Source: Squalus acanthias (taxonomy: Eukaryota). Taken from it: DNA of 64,000 nt. The notes under the pieces were generated by a model. That model was not told where the DNA came from. It worked only from the letters and a program-made list of their open reading frames with translations, and searched no databases. The stretch spans positions 135,472,001-135,536,000 of the forward strand of contig CM059432.1 in the NCBI GenBank assembly GCA_030390025.1, written 5' to 3'. The first letter of the stretch is position 1; each line of letters opens with the position of its first letter. This document shows, in pieces, positions 24,774 through 38,411 of the stretch. Made by a program: the position numbers and the translations under genes.

Positions 24774-27387
24774 TACAAAGAAAATGCCTTTTGATTAATC
24801 ATGCGAATCCAAATGGATTAAATCAGCAATCTGATTGTTGAGGAACAATGCCAAGATTTCTGCAAGGAATTTAGAATCCCAATTTAGAAGGTAAATAAGT
24901 CAATGAGGACAATTACAAAGGATCCTCATACTCAGTACTTTATTGGGCACATGCACATTATCAATATGTGCCTTTTTCGTGCCATCACTCAGATAAACGC
25001 AAGGATGACTGGTATGAGGAATGGAGAAATTTACATGCCCTCTGCGAAGAAGCTGTTCTTCTAATTTTGGGCTGAAGGGAGTGGGATTTTTGCTTTCCAT
25101 CTGGCCATGCTACACCTGAGCCAAGATGTTTAATGATGAGACTGGAATCCCAGAGGAAGTGTGTTCAATTCCTCTGTAACCATGTTCTCTCAGTTTGAAA
25201 AAGTACAAGATCATGGGGGCTATCGGGAAAAGTGATGACACGGTATGATGTATAAATCTGTGGCCAGCTGCAAAATTTTTTTTTTTATAAAGTAGATGGA
25301 GTACTTTATTATTAAAGTATTACCTCCTCCACCAAAGTTCCAAGAATAAAAAATTGCACAGCACATTCCTAATCTCAGTTATAATTCCCCCAGGAAGAGG
25401 TTCCAAACAAATGCTAAATAAGTCCCCAAATGCAACAACAACAACAACAACAACAACTTGCATTTATACAGCACCTTTAACGTAACAAAATATCCCAAGG
25501 CGCTTCACAGGAGCGTTATCAAACTAAATTTGACACCAAGCCACACCAGGAAATATTAGGACAGCTGACCAAAAGCTTGGATGCAAGGAAGGAAAATGGG
25601 AAGATGACCACACAGGCCATTCTCACTACACTTTCTGGCAACAATTTGCATTTATATAACTGGCTACAGAACAGCATTAACAAAAAGCAAGGAGCAGGTC
25701 GCCCGTCAACAATCTCAGCCAGGTCGGTGTCTTGAAATCAGGTGGGTGCCCAGGATGGTGGAGAGAGATGGCTGGCGAAATAAGGATAAAATTAAAAAAA
25801 ATGATGCTAAGCAGTCTGGGGACACACCGCAATGGAACATTAATAGCTTGTGATTTTGTGAAGACACAAGCTTGCACTCACAAGTCACCGGTTATTGAGT
25901 TCTTGATCTTTATCAGGTCATTTGGGGAAGCAGCTGCACATGCATGGCTGTTTGTACAACAGAATTCTGGAAAAAAGTTGCTTTGCCACACTTTTGGAAA
26001 ATGGTATATTGTGGGTGGGGTAAAAAAAAAAGCATTTCCACATGTATGCATAATTAAAGCTGCCAATGGAAAACCAGATACTAGTAGCAAAATCTGATTT
26101 ACTGGAATTCCTATTCATTACAGATGAATCGTAAGTTTTGAAATAATATTCACCGATTCCCTACATTGCAACAGTGACTACGCATTAAAGGTAGTTCATT
26201 GGCTGTGAAGCACTGAGGTCCGGAGGTTGTGAAAGGCGCTATATAAATGCAAGTTCGTTCCTTGATCTTTTGATGCAAGAGCCATTAGTGACAACCTAAA
26301 CAGTGACATGTGAGCACATCACAGAGCGAGAATGAAAGAGAAGAGGGTATTTTAGGGAATACAAGGTAGCAAAGAGGGCCACTTCAGGAGAGAAATGAAA
26401 AAGGAAAGTCAAATACACTCAGAAAAGAGGATATTGATGATACAAAGTTATAATTTATTAGAGTTTCATAAATTTGTGATTTTTCTGTACATTTCCTTAT
26501 ACAAGCAGTTTAATTGCTTTCATGTTCTCCCACATCTGTTGCATATATGTGAATTATTACAGTAAAATCTGATCTGGTAATACTAGTGTAAAATGTGCAT
26601 TTCCAGCTATTCAGTAAAATTCCCAACTTTTTTTTTTCCACTTCTATCTATAGTCTGGATATTAAATTGGTTGTTAAATAGGGAAAACAAATTCCATGGT
26701 CAAAATCTACTTGCATTCACATGTTGAACACCCTGTAAGCCAACATATTTCTACACTTTATCCCCTCTGTACCATTACAAACATAAATCCTCTTTAACAA
26801 TCTATTTTCCATCATACTATTTCACAAGGGGCATTTCAAAGTGATCTTTACCCTTTCTGTCAATGGCTGCCCTCATCCATCAATTTCATACAGAATTATA
26901 CCACAGATCAATGCAGTTCAAGACCACTAAGCATTTGTGTGGCTCGTGAATGGTAGACTGCACAGATATTCATTTAATACAGAGCTCAGACTATGACATG
27001 TATCGGTCAGATGCATTTCCTCCCCACTTCAGCAGTTAATTCCATCAATAACTCATCTTGTAGGTTTTTTTGAAAACAGTGAAAAGAAAAATTCCAGTTG
27101 GTGCTATGTCAGCTCTTAACAGACAATACTGCAGCAGACATCAGACAGCAAGATAATCAAAGCACTCTCCAAGCTATTTATAAAAATACCATCCTCACTA
27201 TATTGCCTAAATAACCTTTAGTGTTTGCAAGCAAACCACTGATGGCTAGAAGCCTCTCTGATCAATGAATCTCTTCAAATCTATCCCTTGAAAGCAACAG
27301 TTATAATTGTGACTGGCTGGAAACTGCTTCACCAGCTGTCTTCTAGTACCATAAAATAAATGAATATGTTTTGATGCAAAGAACTGC

Positions 27388-27825
27388 ATCAGCCGTGGCT
27401 CAGTGGTAGCACTCTCGCCCGAGTCTGAAGGTTGTGGGTTCAAGTCCCACTCCAGAGACTTGGAACACAAATATATCTAGGTTGACACTCCAGTGCAGTG
27501 CTGCACTGTTGGAGGTGCCATTAAACCGAGGCCCCGTCTGCTCTCTCAGGTGGACGTAAAAGATCCCATGGCACTATTTCGAAGAGGAGCAGGGGAGTTA
27601 TCCCCGGTGTCCTGGCCAATATTTATCCCTCAATCAACATAACAAAAAAACAGATTATCTGGTCATCATCACATTGCTGTTTGTGAGAACTTGCTTTGCG
27701 CAATTAGCTGCCACATTTCCTACATTACAAGAGAGACTACACTTCAAAAGTACTTCACTGGCTGTAAAGCGCTTTGGGATGTTCTGAGGCCGTGAAAGGC
27801 GCTATATAAATGCAAGCCTTTCTTT
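27388..27825 (+). mobile_element. Near full-length tRNA-derived Deu-domain SINE (SacSINE1/AmnSINE1-like)
   Basis: Pol III box A TGGCTCAGTGG and box B GGTTCAAGTCC. Central AAAGATCCCATGGCACT..CCCCGGTGTCCTGGCCAA resembles the Deu domain. LINE-like tail GGCGCTATATAAATGCAAG. Confidence 0.8.
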
Positions 27826-29364
27826 GTTCATTTATGTTGCTACCGTGTGTATGTCAGGACTTCAACCAGTTCTCCCAAACGTCCTATCATTTAAAAAATC
27901 TGCAGTTAAACAAACTGAATTAATCTCAGCATAGGAGTGTGTGGGGTATCATTCAACAAAGTACATCTGGTGTGCACCCCAAAATGCATTAGATGCTACT
28001 GAAAGGTTTTAGCTGGAAACACCAGCCCACAGGACATTTACTACATTAGCATATAATACTGCCAACGTTGTTGTCCTGGGGCAGACTGGATGGATACCAT
28101 TTAGAGAGCCACTTTAAGCACAAAAATTGCTTTGTTCCTAAAAATCTGCATGAGTTGTAACAATCACTGATGCCTGAAGTTCATGAATTCCCATTGCCAA
28201 CATAAAGCTACCAGGAAAGCTGTTTTCTGTAATAATTTTAGATTACATAGCCACAGACAAAAAAAAATGTACATGAGCTTCTGCAAAACCAACTTCAATT
28301 CCCATTACAAAACTATAGCTCTAGATGTGCTGTACTTTTTTTCTACATAAAACTAAAAATTATCTAAGAATTCTCCACAAAAACATCCTCAGAGTGGAAG
28401 GTCTAGACAGCAGTTCAATGTAAGTTGACTTGGTTTGGGGCCAGTTTTGATCAATCTTAGAGCCTACCCCATAGTAATGTGACATGCAAGCTTCTCATCT
28501 GGTAACAATACACTTGGCTGTTATAAAAGAGGCATCAGTGTAGGTATTGAACACCATGCACTTCCCAGATACAGGTTCTCTAAAAGATCTTTACAGCTCT
28601 GAGCTACAAGTTCTAACTCCCATGCGACTGTATTTTTAGAATTGGCCCTTTAGAATGCTGGGGCTGTGGAAATGTCAAATTTAGACAGACATTCTGGGCT
28701 TCTGTTTGATTAACATTTTTTTTTGGGGGGGGGGGGGGGGGGGGGCGGTTGCAGGAAGATTCTTCCTCAGGAGATTAAATAGTTCAGTTGCGTCTATTTT
28801 GTACTTGGGCTACTGATGCATCAAATGCTGTTCTTTTGTTCCATATTTTATGTACTCGAACTATAACACACATTCATAATAGGATGCGTGATTGTATAAC
28901 CCTAGTGTAACTAGTAGTACTAGTCTAGCCTTTCAATCACTGTTATTTGTAATTACAAGAATACAGAACTGACCGAGGACCAAAATAAGGAACTGAACTC
29001 GTGATTTTTTAAAAAAAGGAACAGAACTCATTCACTAAGTTCCACGGGTGTAATTCTAATTGTCCATCTAATTTCGTCGTAAATAGTTCGAGGATCATCC
29101 GTCAAAGTTACTGCAGTCGGTCAGCAGAACCTCCGAGGAAATTATTTAGGATATGTTTGCAAAGCTTTTTAACACAAATTCTCAAGGGTTCTGCTAAAGT
29201 TTCCCCAAGTCCAATAAAACTTTCACGGTCTACAGTGCGGACACTGCAGTACATTGATTCAAAAGGTGAAATTTCTACACTTTTAAGAATCCAATTCACT
29301 TTATTTCTGTAGTTTCATTTAAAAATAACTTGGCGCACTTCCATAATGGCACTCCTAAGAAGCT

Positions 29365-29600
29365 TGAATGTTTGATTCTTGCTCTGTGCAGAGTTACATT
29401 ATCCTAGCTGGGGTGGCAAGAGCAGTGCTACAATTGGCCTTTGTATCCTTGGAGTAAAGAGGATAAAAATCAACCAGATTTCCTGCTCCTGATGGCTATC
29501 TCCTTACTCCTGCTGAAAAGTACATTATATATAGAGGTGGGTAATGGAAAGTTCAGACTTGACTACCCTGCAGACTATAGCAATTAAACAATAGCTCACA
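29365..29600 (+). repeat. Ancient SINE-like repeat with a decayed inverted relative at about 36000-36230
   Basis: TCTGTGCAGAGTTA..GCTACAATTGGCCT..AAAAATCAACCAG..TCCTGAT shows weak reverse similarity to 36060-36200. Confidence 0.35.
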
Positions 29601-32600
29601 ATACCTGCATCAACTATCTGGTTTACAAATAAGGGCAAACTTTGTGAAGCAAATGTTGGTTATGCAACATGCATGAAATAAACGTGAATTTAACTTTCTT
29701 GCCCAAGTTCTGAAACACCCCATACAAATTATCTTTAATGTACAAAGCCAAATATTTGATTTAATATCAATATAACATGGAAAATTTTTGCTTGTAAATG
29801 TGGCATTGATGATTCAACTGCTGCTGTATTAGAAAATTAAAACATTTGCTTAAAACCAAATAGTACTGCCAAAATGGACCTCTGTTGATACAACTGTACC
29901 CTATCTCAACAGGCAAAAATAACGATGTCCACCTTCTCACTCAAGCCATGTTTCCAATTAATTTTTTACTAAGGCGAACATTAGCTAAAACTAATACCAG
30001 TTTAGCCTCAGCAAAACTGAATTATTAAATCTGTCTGCCAATATCCAATTACAGCCTACTTATGAATACTTGATTTTATTTTGTATAATTGACAAGGGCT
30101 GTCAGGTAAGGATGGGTTTGATGGCAATCAAGTTAAGATCAACTGATATAGCTGTCACATAGGACAAAGTGTGTCAAGTGTTGGAGAAGGCATTGACAGG
30201 TTATGTAAAAAGGTCCACGTGAACCTGTCATAAACAGTTAATAAAGTGGCTTGTAATATTAGCAGCCTGCCTGCTGCTACTCACAATGAAAAAGGCATTG
30301 AAATGTTAGGATACAAGATTGCACCCAACAAAAGAGACAGGACATTAACTGTAGATCTCTGTAAATATACCAGATCATTTACCATCAACTTAATTTTTTT
30401 CTGAATCATTTATAGACCTCAAAAGAATATGTACATGAAAATTTTAAAACCGAAAATAAGATACAAGCCTGGCATGAGGTGCTATGACTAAAAAAAAATG
30501 TACAGTATGTTGCTACTGCATATAAATATTACCAAACACGCAAGCCGTAATGTTAACATCTAAAACTAGCTAATATATTGGCATTTATAGGTGATTGATG
30601 AAGCTTCGTTCCAAAGCAATTCTTTCTCTAAATACCACCGAAATAAATTTGTGCACTCAAGAGATATTTGATCTGAATTAAGAAACTGATGATGCAATTG
30701 ATTAATTGGAATTTAAGCCATCAGTCACTGGATCCATCAGTTTCTTTCACCAGATTCATTTACATTCTAAACAATCAGCTGATGGCTCAATAGGATACCG
30801 TGTATTAATACACAGTCAATATGATGCCACTGAACTCATCAGAATTCCTTATTGACAGCTGCAGAAATGCTTTAAATCCAAGCTTGATCAGACTGCATAT
30901 GTTTAAGCAGTCTTATATTGACTGCAGACATTTTTATATTCTGACAGCATATATTATAGAAATGCTGCCATCTGCGATGCATAGCACACAAAATGGTATA
31001 CAGGGTCACAGAAAAGCTCAGCAACAATAAGCTCGGACAAAATTTGAGTTTGCAAACAAAACTTATACAAACCAAAAGCTTACTCTAATTGTAAGCATTT
31101 AATTCTTTTACGCATAAAACAAAAATATTACACAGCACTTGCAAAAATGAAAACTTACAAAATTACTTTTATACACACATTATATTCAAGAAAATATGCT
31201 TCATAGTGCTGAAACAGCACTTTCAGAAATCCTTAAAAATTAAGCAGTGTAAGTACAATACTTTAATCACTAAACTGTATTTACTACAGTTAGTTGATTT
31301 TAACACTTGTGAATTTACCCTTCAAGCCATATTTGAGAGGTGTGGTTGGGGAAAGAGGAGAATTTCAAGAATTAAGCTTAAGCAAATTATGCTACTGCTA
31401 ACTGTTTTTGGCTCTGTTCAGTCAGTTACTGTACTTCAAAATGTTGAATATTTTTGAAAGTGAGCTTTCATAAGAACTACAGGCTTAAGTGAAGGGCAAC
31501 AGTTTCTACAACATGCTATGGACATGACAATGGACCATAAAAAGACAGAAGGTAATATCAGACTACACAGGGCAGAATAGCTGCTACATTTAATAAGCTA
31601 CTTATGTTATACCTTTGGATTAATCATTTGTGCTTCATCAAATGGTGCGCTCAACTGTAGCCACAACTCATTTGCATCACTGAAGATTTTTTTTTGCCAA
31701 TCAGAAATACTTCTCTTTCAGTTTCAAGTTTCACTTGCTGTCCCAAAAGGCCTTTATGCTGACAAAAATGTTAAACAGAGATAGGTGATGGAATAAAATT
31801 AAATGTTGAAACTAGGATGTGGATCTAGGCTAAGTAGTTCAGACAAAGTGTTCATAGCTGCACAACTCCGAGATAAAAACTATCCAACTGTGCTAAAGGT
31901 GCAAACTCTCCAGCTGCTGTGATATATGGCAGTAAGTTTGAAGAGCTGTGGTGCTTCAACATTTTATTTTATTTAAATTCCACCTCTAATACAGTTCATT
32001 CAAATGCGGAAGAAACTCAACAGACAAAAATACTGATATTTTGTGACTGAGAGATGCAAAAACAATCCAGTAAGAAACAGCCCAATAGTCCATGAGCAAA
32101 ATCACAAGTAAGTTGTGCACGATGTTTACGAATGAAATACTTCCCTGTCCTAATTATGAGCATGCAGTTTTTTTTATGTTACCTCCATTTTAAACAAATT
32201 GAACTTATTTTAACGTGAAAAGTGACAAAAAATGAAGTGTTTATTTTTATGCAGGGCAGAATGAGAGATAAAACATGTTCCGTGTTGTACAGTTTTTTTT
32301 CCCCCCTCCTCTTACCACTCATCACTTAAGCATGACTTGTGCTCAAATACAGTTGCATGGATGGTGACAGACTTCCAGTACCTCAATCAAATGGTCAACT
32401 GCAAAGACAGACAAGAGTGCCAAAGGGCTTTTTGACCAAAGACGTCATCAGAGTCACCCAGTTTACGACACCTAAATTTGCCTCAAATTGTCTTGCGTTT
32501 ACCACTTTAGATTATATTAGCATTTACACTATCGACCTCCAATTAGGATCCACACAAACAGACTTTAATGCAATAGACTGACTAACCTAAATAAATTTCA

Positions 32601-32934
32601 CCAATTTATATCAAACTCAGACACTGACCTTAACTGTAAATTTATAAATCAGCAGTTATTCCTGCGAATTAACCCTTTCTTGCCAATCAAAGTCAGAAAG
32701 TCATGAACTAATAATCGTTTATTTTACTAACTTAGAATCATAGTTGGCAGCACTTAAACATGGTTAACTGACAAAATAAACAGAGGTTACAAAGGCAATT
32801 CAGTTATGTCATAGTAATTCAGGGGTAGCTGCTTGCCATTTATAAATTGGTGAGATTATTTTACGATTAGACTCCTTAGATTGCTGACTAAAAAGTTAAC
32901 ATTAGATAGCCAGTCTATTGGATAGATGAAAGTA

Positions 32935-33205
32935 CAGGAATCCCGCCCCAACCGCGGGTTTGCCATACGCGGATTTCACGTATACACGGTTTCCACTCTG
33001 CGACAATTTTTGTCAACCGCGGCCGTGAAATTCGCATATCCGCGGTTTTTAATTTAGGAATAAGGTAAAAAAACATGATTTTTATGCTATTTATATGCTT
33101 TTTACATTCTTTTTTATTGTGTTTATAGTGAATTTGCCAACCGCGGTTTTACTAACCATGGGGGTTTTCAGGGACGTATCCCCCGCGGTTGGGGAGGGAT
33201 TCCTG
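32935..33205. mobile_element. Tc1/mariner-pogo (Tigger-like) MITE, 271 bp
   Basis: 24-bp TIR CAGGAATCCC(G/T)CCCCAACCGCGGG, TA TSD on both sides, internal CCGCGG repeats. Confidence 0.9.
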
Positions 33206-33262
33206 TATATACATCCAGAACTTAAATAACCTCATCCTTATAAGCTGGAGTAGATATGATGG

Positions 33263-33382
33263 GTTATCGACCTGAAACGTTAACTTTGTTTCTCTCTCCA
33301 CAGATGCTGCCTGACCTGATGAGTATTTCCAACATTTTCTATTTTTATTTCAGATTTCCAGCATCCGCAGTATTTTGCTTTT
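33263..33382 (+). mobile_element. 5'-truncated copy of the short pLTR-like family
   Basis: Starts inside the hammerhead (ATCGACCTGAAACGTTAAC) and ends GCAGTATTTTGCTTTT. 13-bp TSD GTAGATATGATGG (33250-33262, 33383-33395). Confidence 0.85.
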
Positions 33383-34528
33383 GTAGATATGATGGTTGCC
33401 TAGCTTTCCACTGAGAGGATGGAGTTGCTTACTAAGACAGCATAGTGAAGAACTTCCATCTGTAGAGGTGCTATCCACTCCTCCTGGATCCTCTACTCCT
33501 GGGTAAATTCACCTTCCGCAGTGCCGCTGCATCCAAACTAGCTGGCTTAAATCTCACCTCCCTTCATCTCAGAGAAACTTGCACATCTAAGCAACACACA
33601 TCAGCCGGTATCTAGTTGCGATAGCCATATAATCTTAACTTCTGTAACCCTTCTCTCTTTCCAATTTTGCAGAAGCATCTTCTAGACTATGAATTCCTGC
33701 ACCTTCTGCTACAATTACTACTACAAGAACTACTAAAAGAAATAAAATTAAACCAAGGACAGGATTGAGCTTTAATGTCAATACAGACTCCCTCATAATG
33801 ACCATCAACACTTCTTCAACTTTATCCCTAGCCTTATTTAGCACCCACTAATAAGTGGTTTTGAACCTCTTGTGTATAAGATTTTCATGCAAATTGTACT
33901 CTTTTTCTACAGACTTGTGTGTGATTGTGTCCCAGTTTCATCAGCCAGATACTGCCCTGGTCCATGACAATCTTCCTGAAAAGAACCCTGACTCACTCAC
34001 TCTTGGTGCAGTGAACATCACAGGGAGGCAAAGCTTACCCAACCTTCTGTGCCGAGAAAGAAAGCCGATTTACAAGGAAGCTGGGACGGATCTATCTCCC
34101 AGTAGCTTTCACTGACTGAGAACGGAGAGGGAGTGGAGTAAAAGCAAACCAAGCAGCCAGAGATAATCTTGGAATCATTTAGAAAAGACAGGCTTGAAGG
34201 CTGGCAAATGACTAAAAAAACTTGCCAGCTAACAGTTTTTTGGATAAGGACTTACCTCAATCACAGGTGTTTGTTGTGTGACCACAGTTTAAATCAGCAG
34301 TAGCACTGAACATATGCATATACACAAGAAAATATCTGTTGCACTGTGTATACAACATATACACAAATGCACTAATGTTTTAAAGGTTTACTGTGTCTTC
34401 ATATCTCCATAAACTTTGCCACTCAAAATTTATAATTACTTGCAAACGGATTTAAATGTTTCCCTTTTGTAAAATGTCAACTTTTCTAAATGAAAAGTAC
34501 TGAAGTTTGAATGCATTACAAATGTGTA

Positions 34529-34952
34529 CGTTATACCCATCAGGAAAGATTGAACAGGCTGGAGCTCTTGGGCGAGGGGTGACCTGATAGAGGTCTTTAA
34601 GATTATGAAGGGATTTGATAAGGTAGATGTAGCTGAGATGTTTCCACTTGCAGTGGAGACCAAAACTAGGGGCCATAAATATAAGATAGTCACTAATAAA
34701 TCCAACAGGGAATTCAGGAGAAACTTCTTTACCCAGAGAGTGGTGAGAATGTGGAACTCGCTACCACAAGAAGTCGTTGAGGTGAATAACAGATGCATGC
34801 AATGGGAAGCTAGATAAACACAAGGGAGAAAGGAATAGAAGGTTATGCTGATTAGGGTTAGATGAAGAGGGGCGTGCGGAGCATAAACACAGCATGGATT
34901 AGTTAGGCAGAATGGTCTGTGTTTCTGTGCTGTACATTCATGTAATTCTATA
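34529..34952 (+). mobile_element. CR1 3' end
   Basis: ORF MKGFDKVD..TRGHKYKIVTNKSNREFRRNFFTQRVVRMWNSLP. Confidence 0.88.
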
Positions 34953-36884
34953 TAAAAATACAGGACTTAGTTAAAATTAAGTTGCATAGCATCAGTCCAG
35001 GGTACGGAGCGGGAAAGAGACAATTTTATTGTCAGTGAAATGGTTGCCAAATCACACCAGCTCTTATTGCATTAAATTCTCATTAGGGTTACCCTAGCTG
35101 CTAGGCTATTAAAGAAAACTAAAGCAGGCAAACTACCCCACTAGAATCTGTAGCTCATCCAAGCTTTTCTAAAGCCATTCTGCATCACTGCCAATTGAAC
35201 TAAATTTTCTGCGGCAGGGAGATACAATGGCATCAAAACACAGTAGATGGGCAATTAAGCAAAATGCATTTCACTACACTTTGTTTCATGACTGGGTACA
35301 TCATCATCAACTGTGATTAAATTTGAATCATATAACTGGAATGCTGTCTTATTGCAAACTCACCAAATGAACTTCAAATTATCAAGCCATCCACTTTGCA
35401 ACATAATTGCCGTCTAAACACACAGGAAATGTGAAGTTTACATAAGAAATAGGAGCAGGAGTAGGCCATGTGGCCCCTCGAGCCTGCTCTGCCATTCAAT
35501 ATCATGGCTGATTTTTTACCTCAACGCCACTTTCCGCCCTATCCCTCGATTCCCTTTCTAGTTAGTTTTCCAGGAATGGTGAAATATTTTCCCCTTACAA
35601 ATCTCAGCACCTTCAACAACCATTCGGTGATTTTTAAGGCAGGTTTCACTGTATTTTAAAAGGAGATGCAAGTAGTCAACCAGTCTTTTCTTAAACCATC
35701 ATACAAAACAGGAGCACGAGCAGTGCTCTTCCCCACTCCAAAGCAAATATTTTTCATATTTTTTTTTAATTCAAGATTTCTAGATTTGTAAATTTTGAAA
35801 AGTACAGCATGTCCAAGTTGATATGCTTTACGTAACATTGAGGCAGAGCAAAAAGCACTTTAAGTCAACTTGTAAGTTACTGATTGTCCAGACAAAACTA
35901 GTTTATTTTTCCCCTCCTCTGCTAATGTCTGACTTCTTTCTCAGGTACGAATAGTGATCGTTCATGCGTGAGCCTCAATAGTGAATGCTGACAGGCCAGT
36001 CATCCATGGGGTTAATCACAACCTATCCCAATCGGTCATCATGTGATGCACGCTTTTAGTAACTGGACAGAGATCTGTAACAGAAACCTAGCTGATTTTT
36101 CCTTCCTTGATTGAGGTTAATTATAATAACTACCACCACCTTGACTATGCTTGGCTAATTCAACATAAATCAGAGATCAAATGTGGCATCATCCTGGTCT
36201 GTATGGCTCATCTACTCTGAATAAGACACTGAAACATTGACACACTGCAACAGGCTTCCCTATGTTACAACAATGATTGCAATTGTGAAGCACTTTGAGA
36301 CATCCAGAGGTCATGAAAGGCACTATATAAAAGTGCAAGTTCTTTCTTTTCAGATGAGTCAGTTACATACAGGTTGACTTGAACTCACTATTTAACAAAC
36401 CTGGCCAAGAGCTAGAAAAAAGGTGGGCCGACAAGCTTGATCAACAGTTGAACCTGGAATTAAAACACAATCCTCTGAAAGGCAAATTTTCTGCCGCAGG
36501 AGCTAATCATTTTGACCTTCGTACATTTGATTTATACTTGCAAAAACAAGAGGCAAAATGGTGATCACATTCAGAAAAACAATGCCTGCTCAGTGTGCTC
36601 TAGCCACAGCGAGACAATCATAAAATGGAAGTTGAAAAATATTTCCACTTGTTGATTAAATTGAACAACTTAAAATGGTAAGGAAAACTGAAATCAGAAA
36701 ACAGCTCACACCTTTATTGTTCACTTACTTTGAGCAAGCAAAATGTTATAATTACACTTCTGATCAGATTACCCAAACTGCTATGGATATATTGTGAATG
36801 GAATCCAAACTCTAGCAATCTCAATGATTATCCACGGAACTCTACGTAAAACATATCTCCATCATACTGATTTATACTTGACAT

Positions 36885-37810
36885 TCCCTCCAACATAAGG
36901 TCAGAAATGGGGATGTTCGCCGATAACTGCACAGTGTTCATTCAGTGCCATTCGCAACTCCTCAGATAATGAAGCAGTCCATGCCCGCATGCAACAAGAC
37001 CTGAACGACATTCAGGCTTGGGCTGATAAGTGGCAGGTAACATTCGCACCACACAAGTGCCAGGCAATGACTATCTCTAACAAGCGAGCATCTAACCACC
37101 GCCCCATGACATTCAACAGCATTACCGTTGCCGAATCCCACACCATTAACATCCTGGGGGTCATCATTGACCAGAAACTTAACTGGACCAGCCACATAAA
37201 TACTGTGGCAACAAGAGCAGGTCAGAGGCTAGGTATTCTGTGGCGAGTGTCTCACCTCCTGACTCCCCAAAGCCTTTCCACCATCTACAAGGCACAAGTA
37301 AGGAGTGTGATGGAATACTCTCCACTTGCCTGGATGAGTGCAGCCCCAACAACACAAGAAGCTCGACACCATCCAGGACAAAGCAGCACGCTTGATTGAC
37401 ACCCCATCCACCACCTTAAACATTCACTCCCTCCACCACCGGCATACCGTGGCTGCAGTGTGTACCATCTACAAGATGCACTGCAGCAACTTGCCAAGGC
37501 TTCTTCGGCAGCACCTCCCAAACCCGCAACGTCTTCCACCTAGAAGGACAAGGGCAGCAGGCGCATGGGAACACCACCACCTCCAAGTTCCCCTCCAAGT
37601 CACACACCATCCTGACTTGGAAGTATATCGCTGTTCCTTCATCGTCGCTGGGTCAAAATCCTAGAACTCCCTCCCTAACAGCACTGTGGGAGTACCTTCA
37701 CCACACAGACTGCAGCGGTTCAAGGCGTCAGCTCACCACCACCTTCTCAAGGGCAATAAATGCTGGCCTTGCCAGCGACGCCCAGATCTCATGAGCGAAT
37801 AAAAAAAAAC
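36885..37810 (+). mobile_element. CR1/L2-group LINE 3' fragment of a different family, with A-rich tail
   Basis: FADN.. and MQQDLNDIQAWADKWQVTFAPHKCQ..IYKAQVRSVMEYSPLAW, ending AATAAAAAAAAA. Confidence 0.85.
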
Positions 37811-38411
37811 TCAGCTAAGCTGAATGCAGTTACTATGAATGGGAATATTCCTCTATCTCCAATTTTCTGTCCATCAAGTCAGTAAGGTTGGATATATTGA
37901 AGATTTTACTGATTTATTACTACTGTCAACCTCTGCTACTTTGTCCTACCACCGTTCTCTGCAAACTATCCTCAAGAGGTGCTTCACCAGCAGCTGTGAT
38001 GTGGCCAAAGCCATTTGTTTTGGAGATTAGAGGTTGTAGTTTATTAAAACATATTGGTCAAAATGACATTAAAATGCACCATGAAATTTAGAAGTGGATT
38101 AATACATTGAAGCAAGTTGCATTTTATGCTCAAACTGAAGAATGAAATCATTTTCCACTTCTGTGATTCACAAGTCTTCAAGAACTGCCATATCACGTGC
38201 AGCTTGGCCAGATAGAGAGTAAATTTCCCTCAATTCTACAACAATGCATCAATCCCAATCTCAACCACCCCTTACTGCAGTGGTGTGAACATGTTCATAT
38301 CTCATACCAGCATCTGAGTGAGATTGCAATGTTGGTGCTAAATGTTGCAGAATTGTGGGCAGCTTGCATTGTGTGCCTAATCACTAGAAATCAGGTTGAA
38401 ATCTAATAAGA

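Noticed and set aside
27388..27465. tRNA gene
   Set aside because: The A and B boxes run straight into SINE body and tail, with no full cloverleaf.
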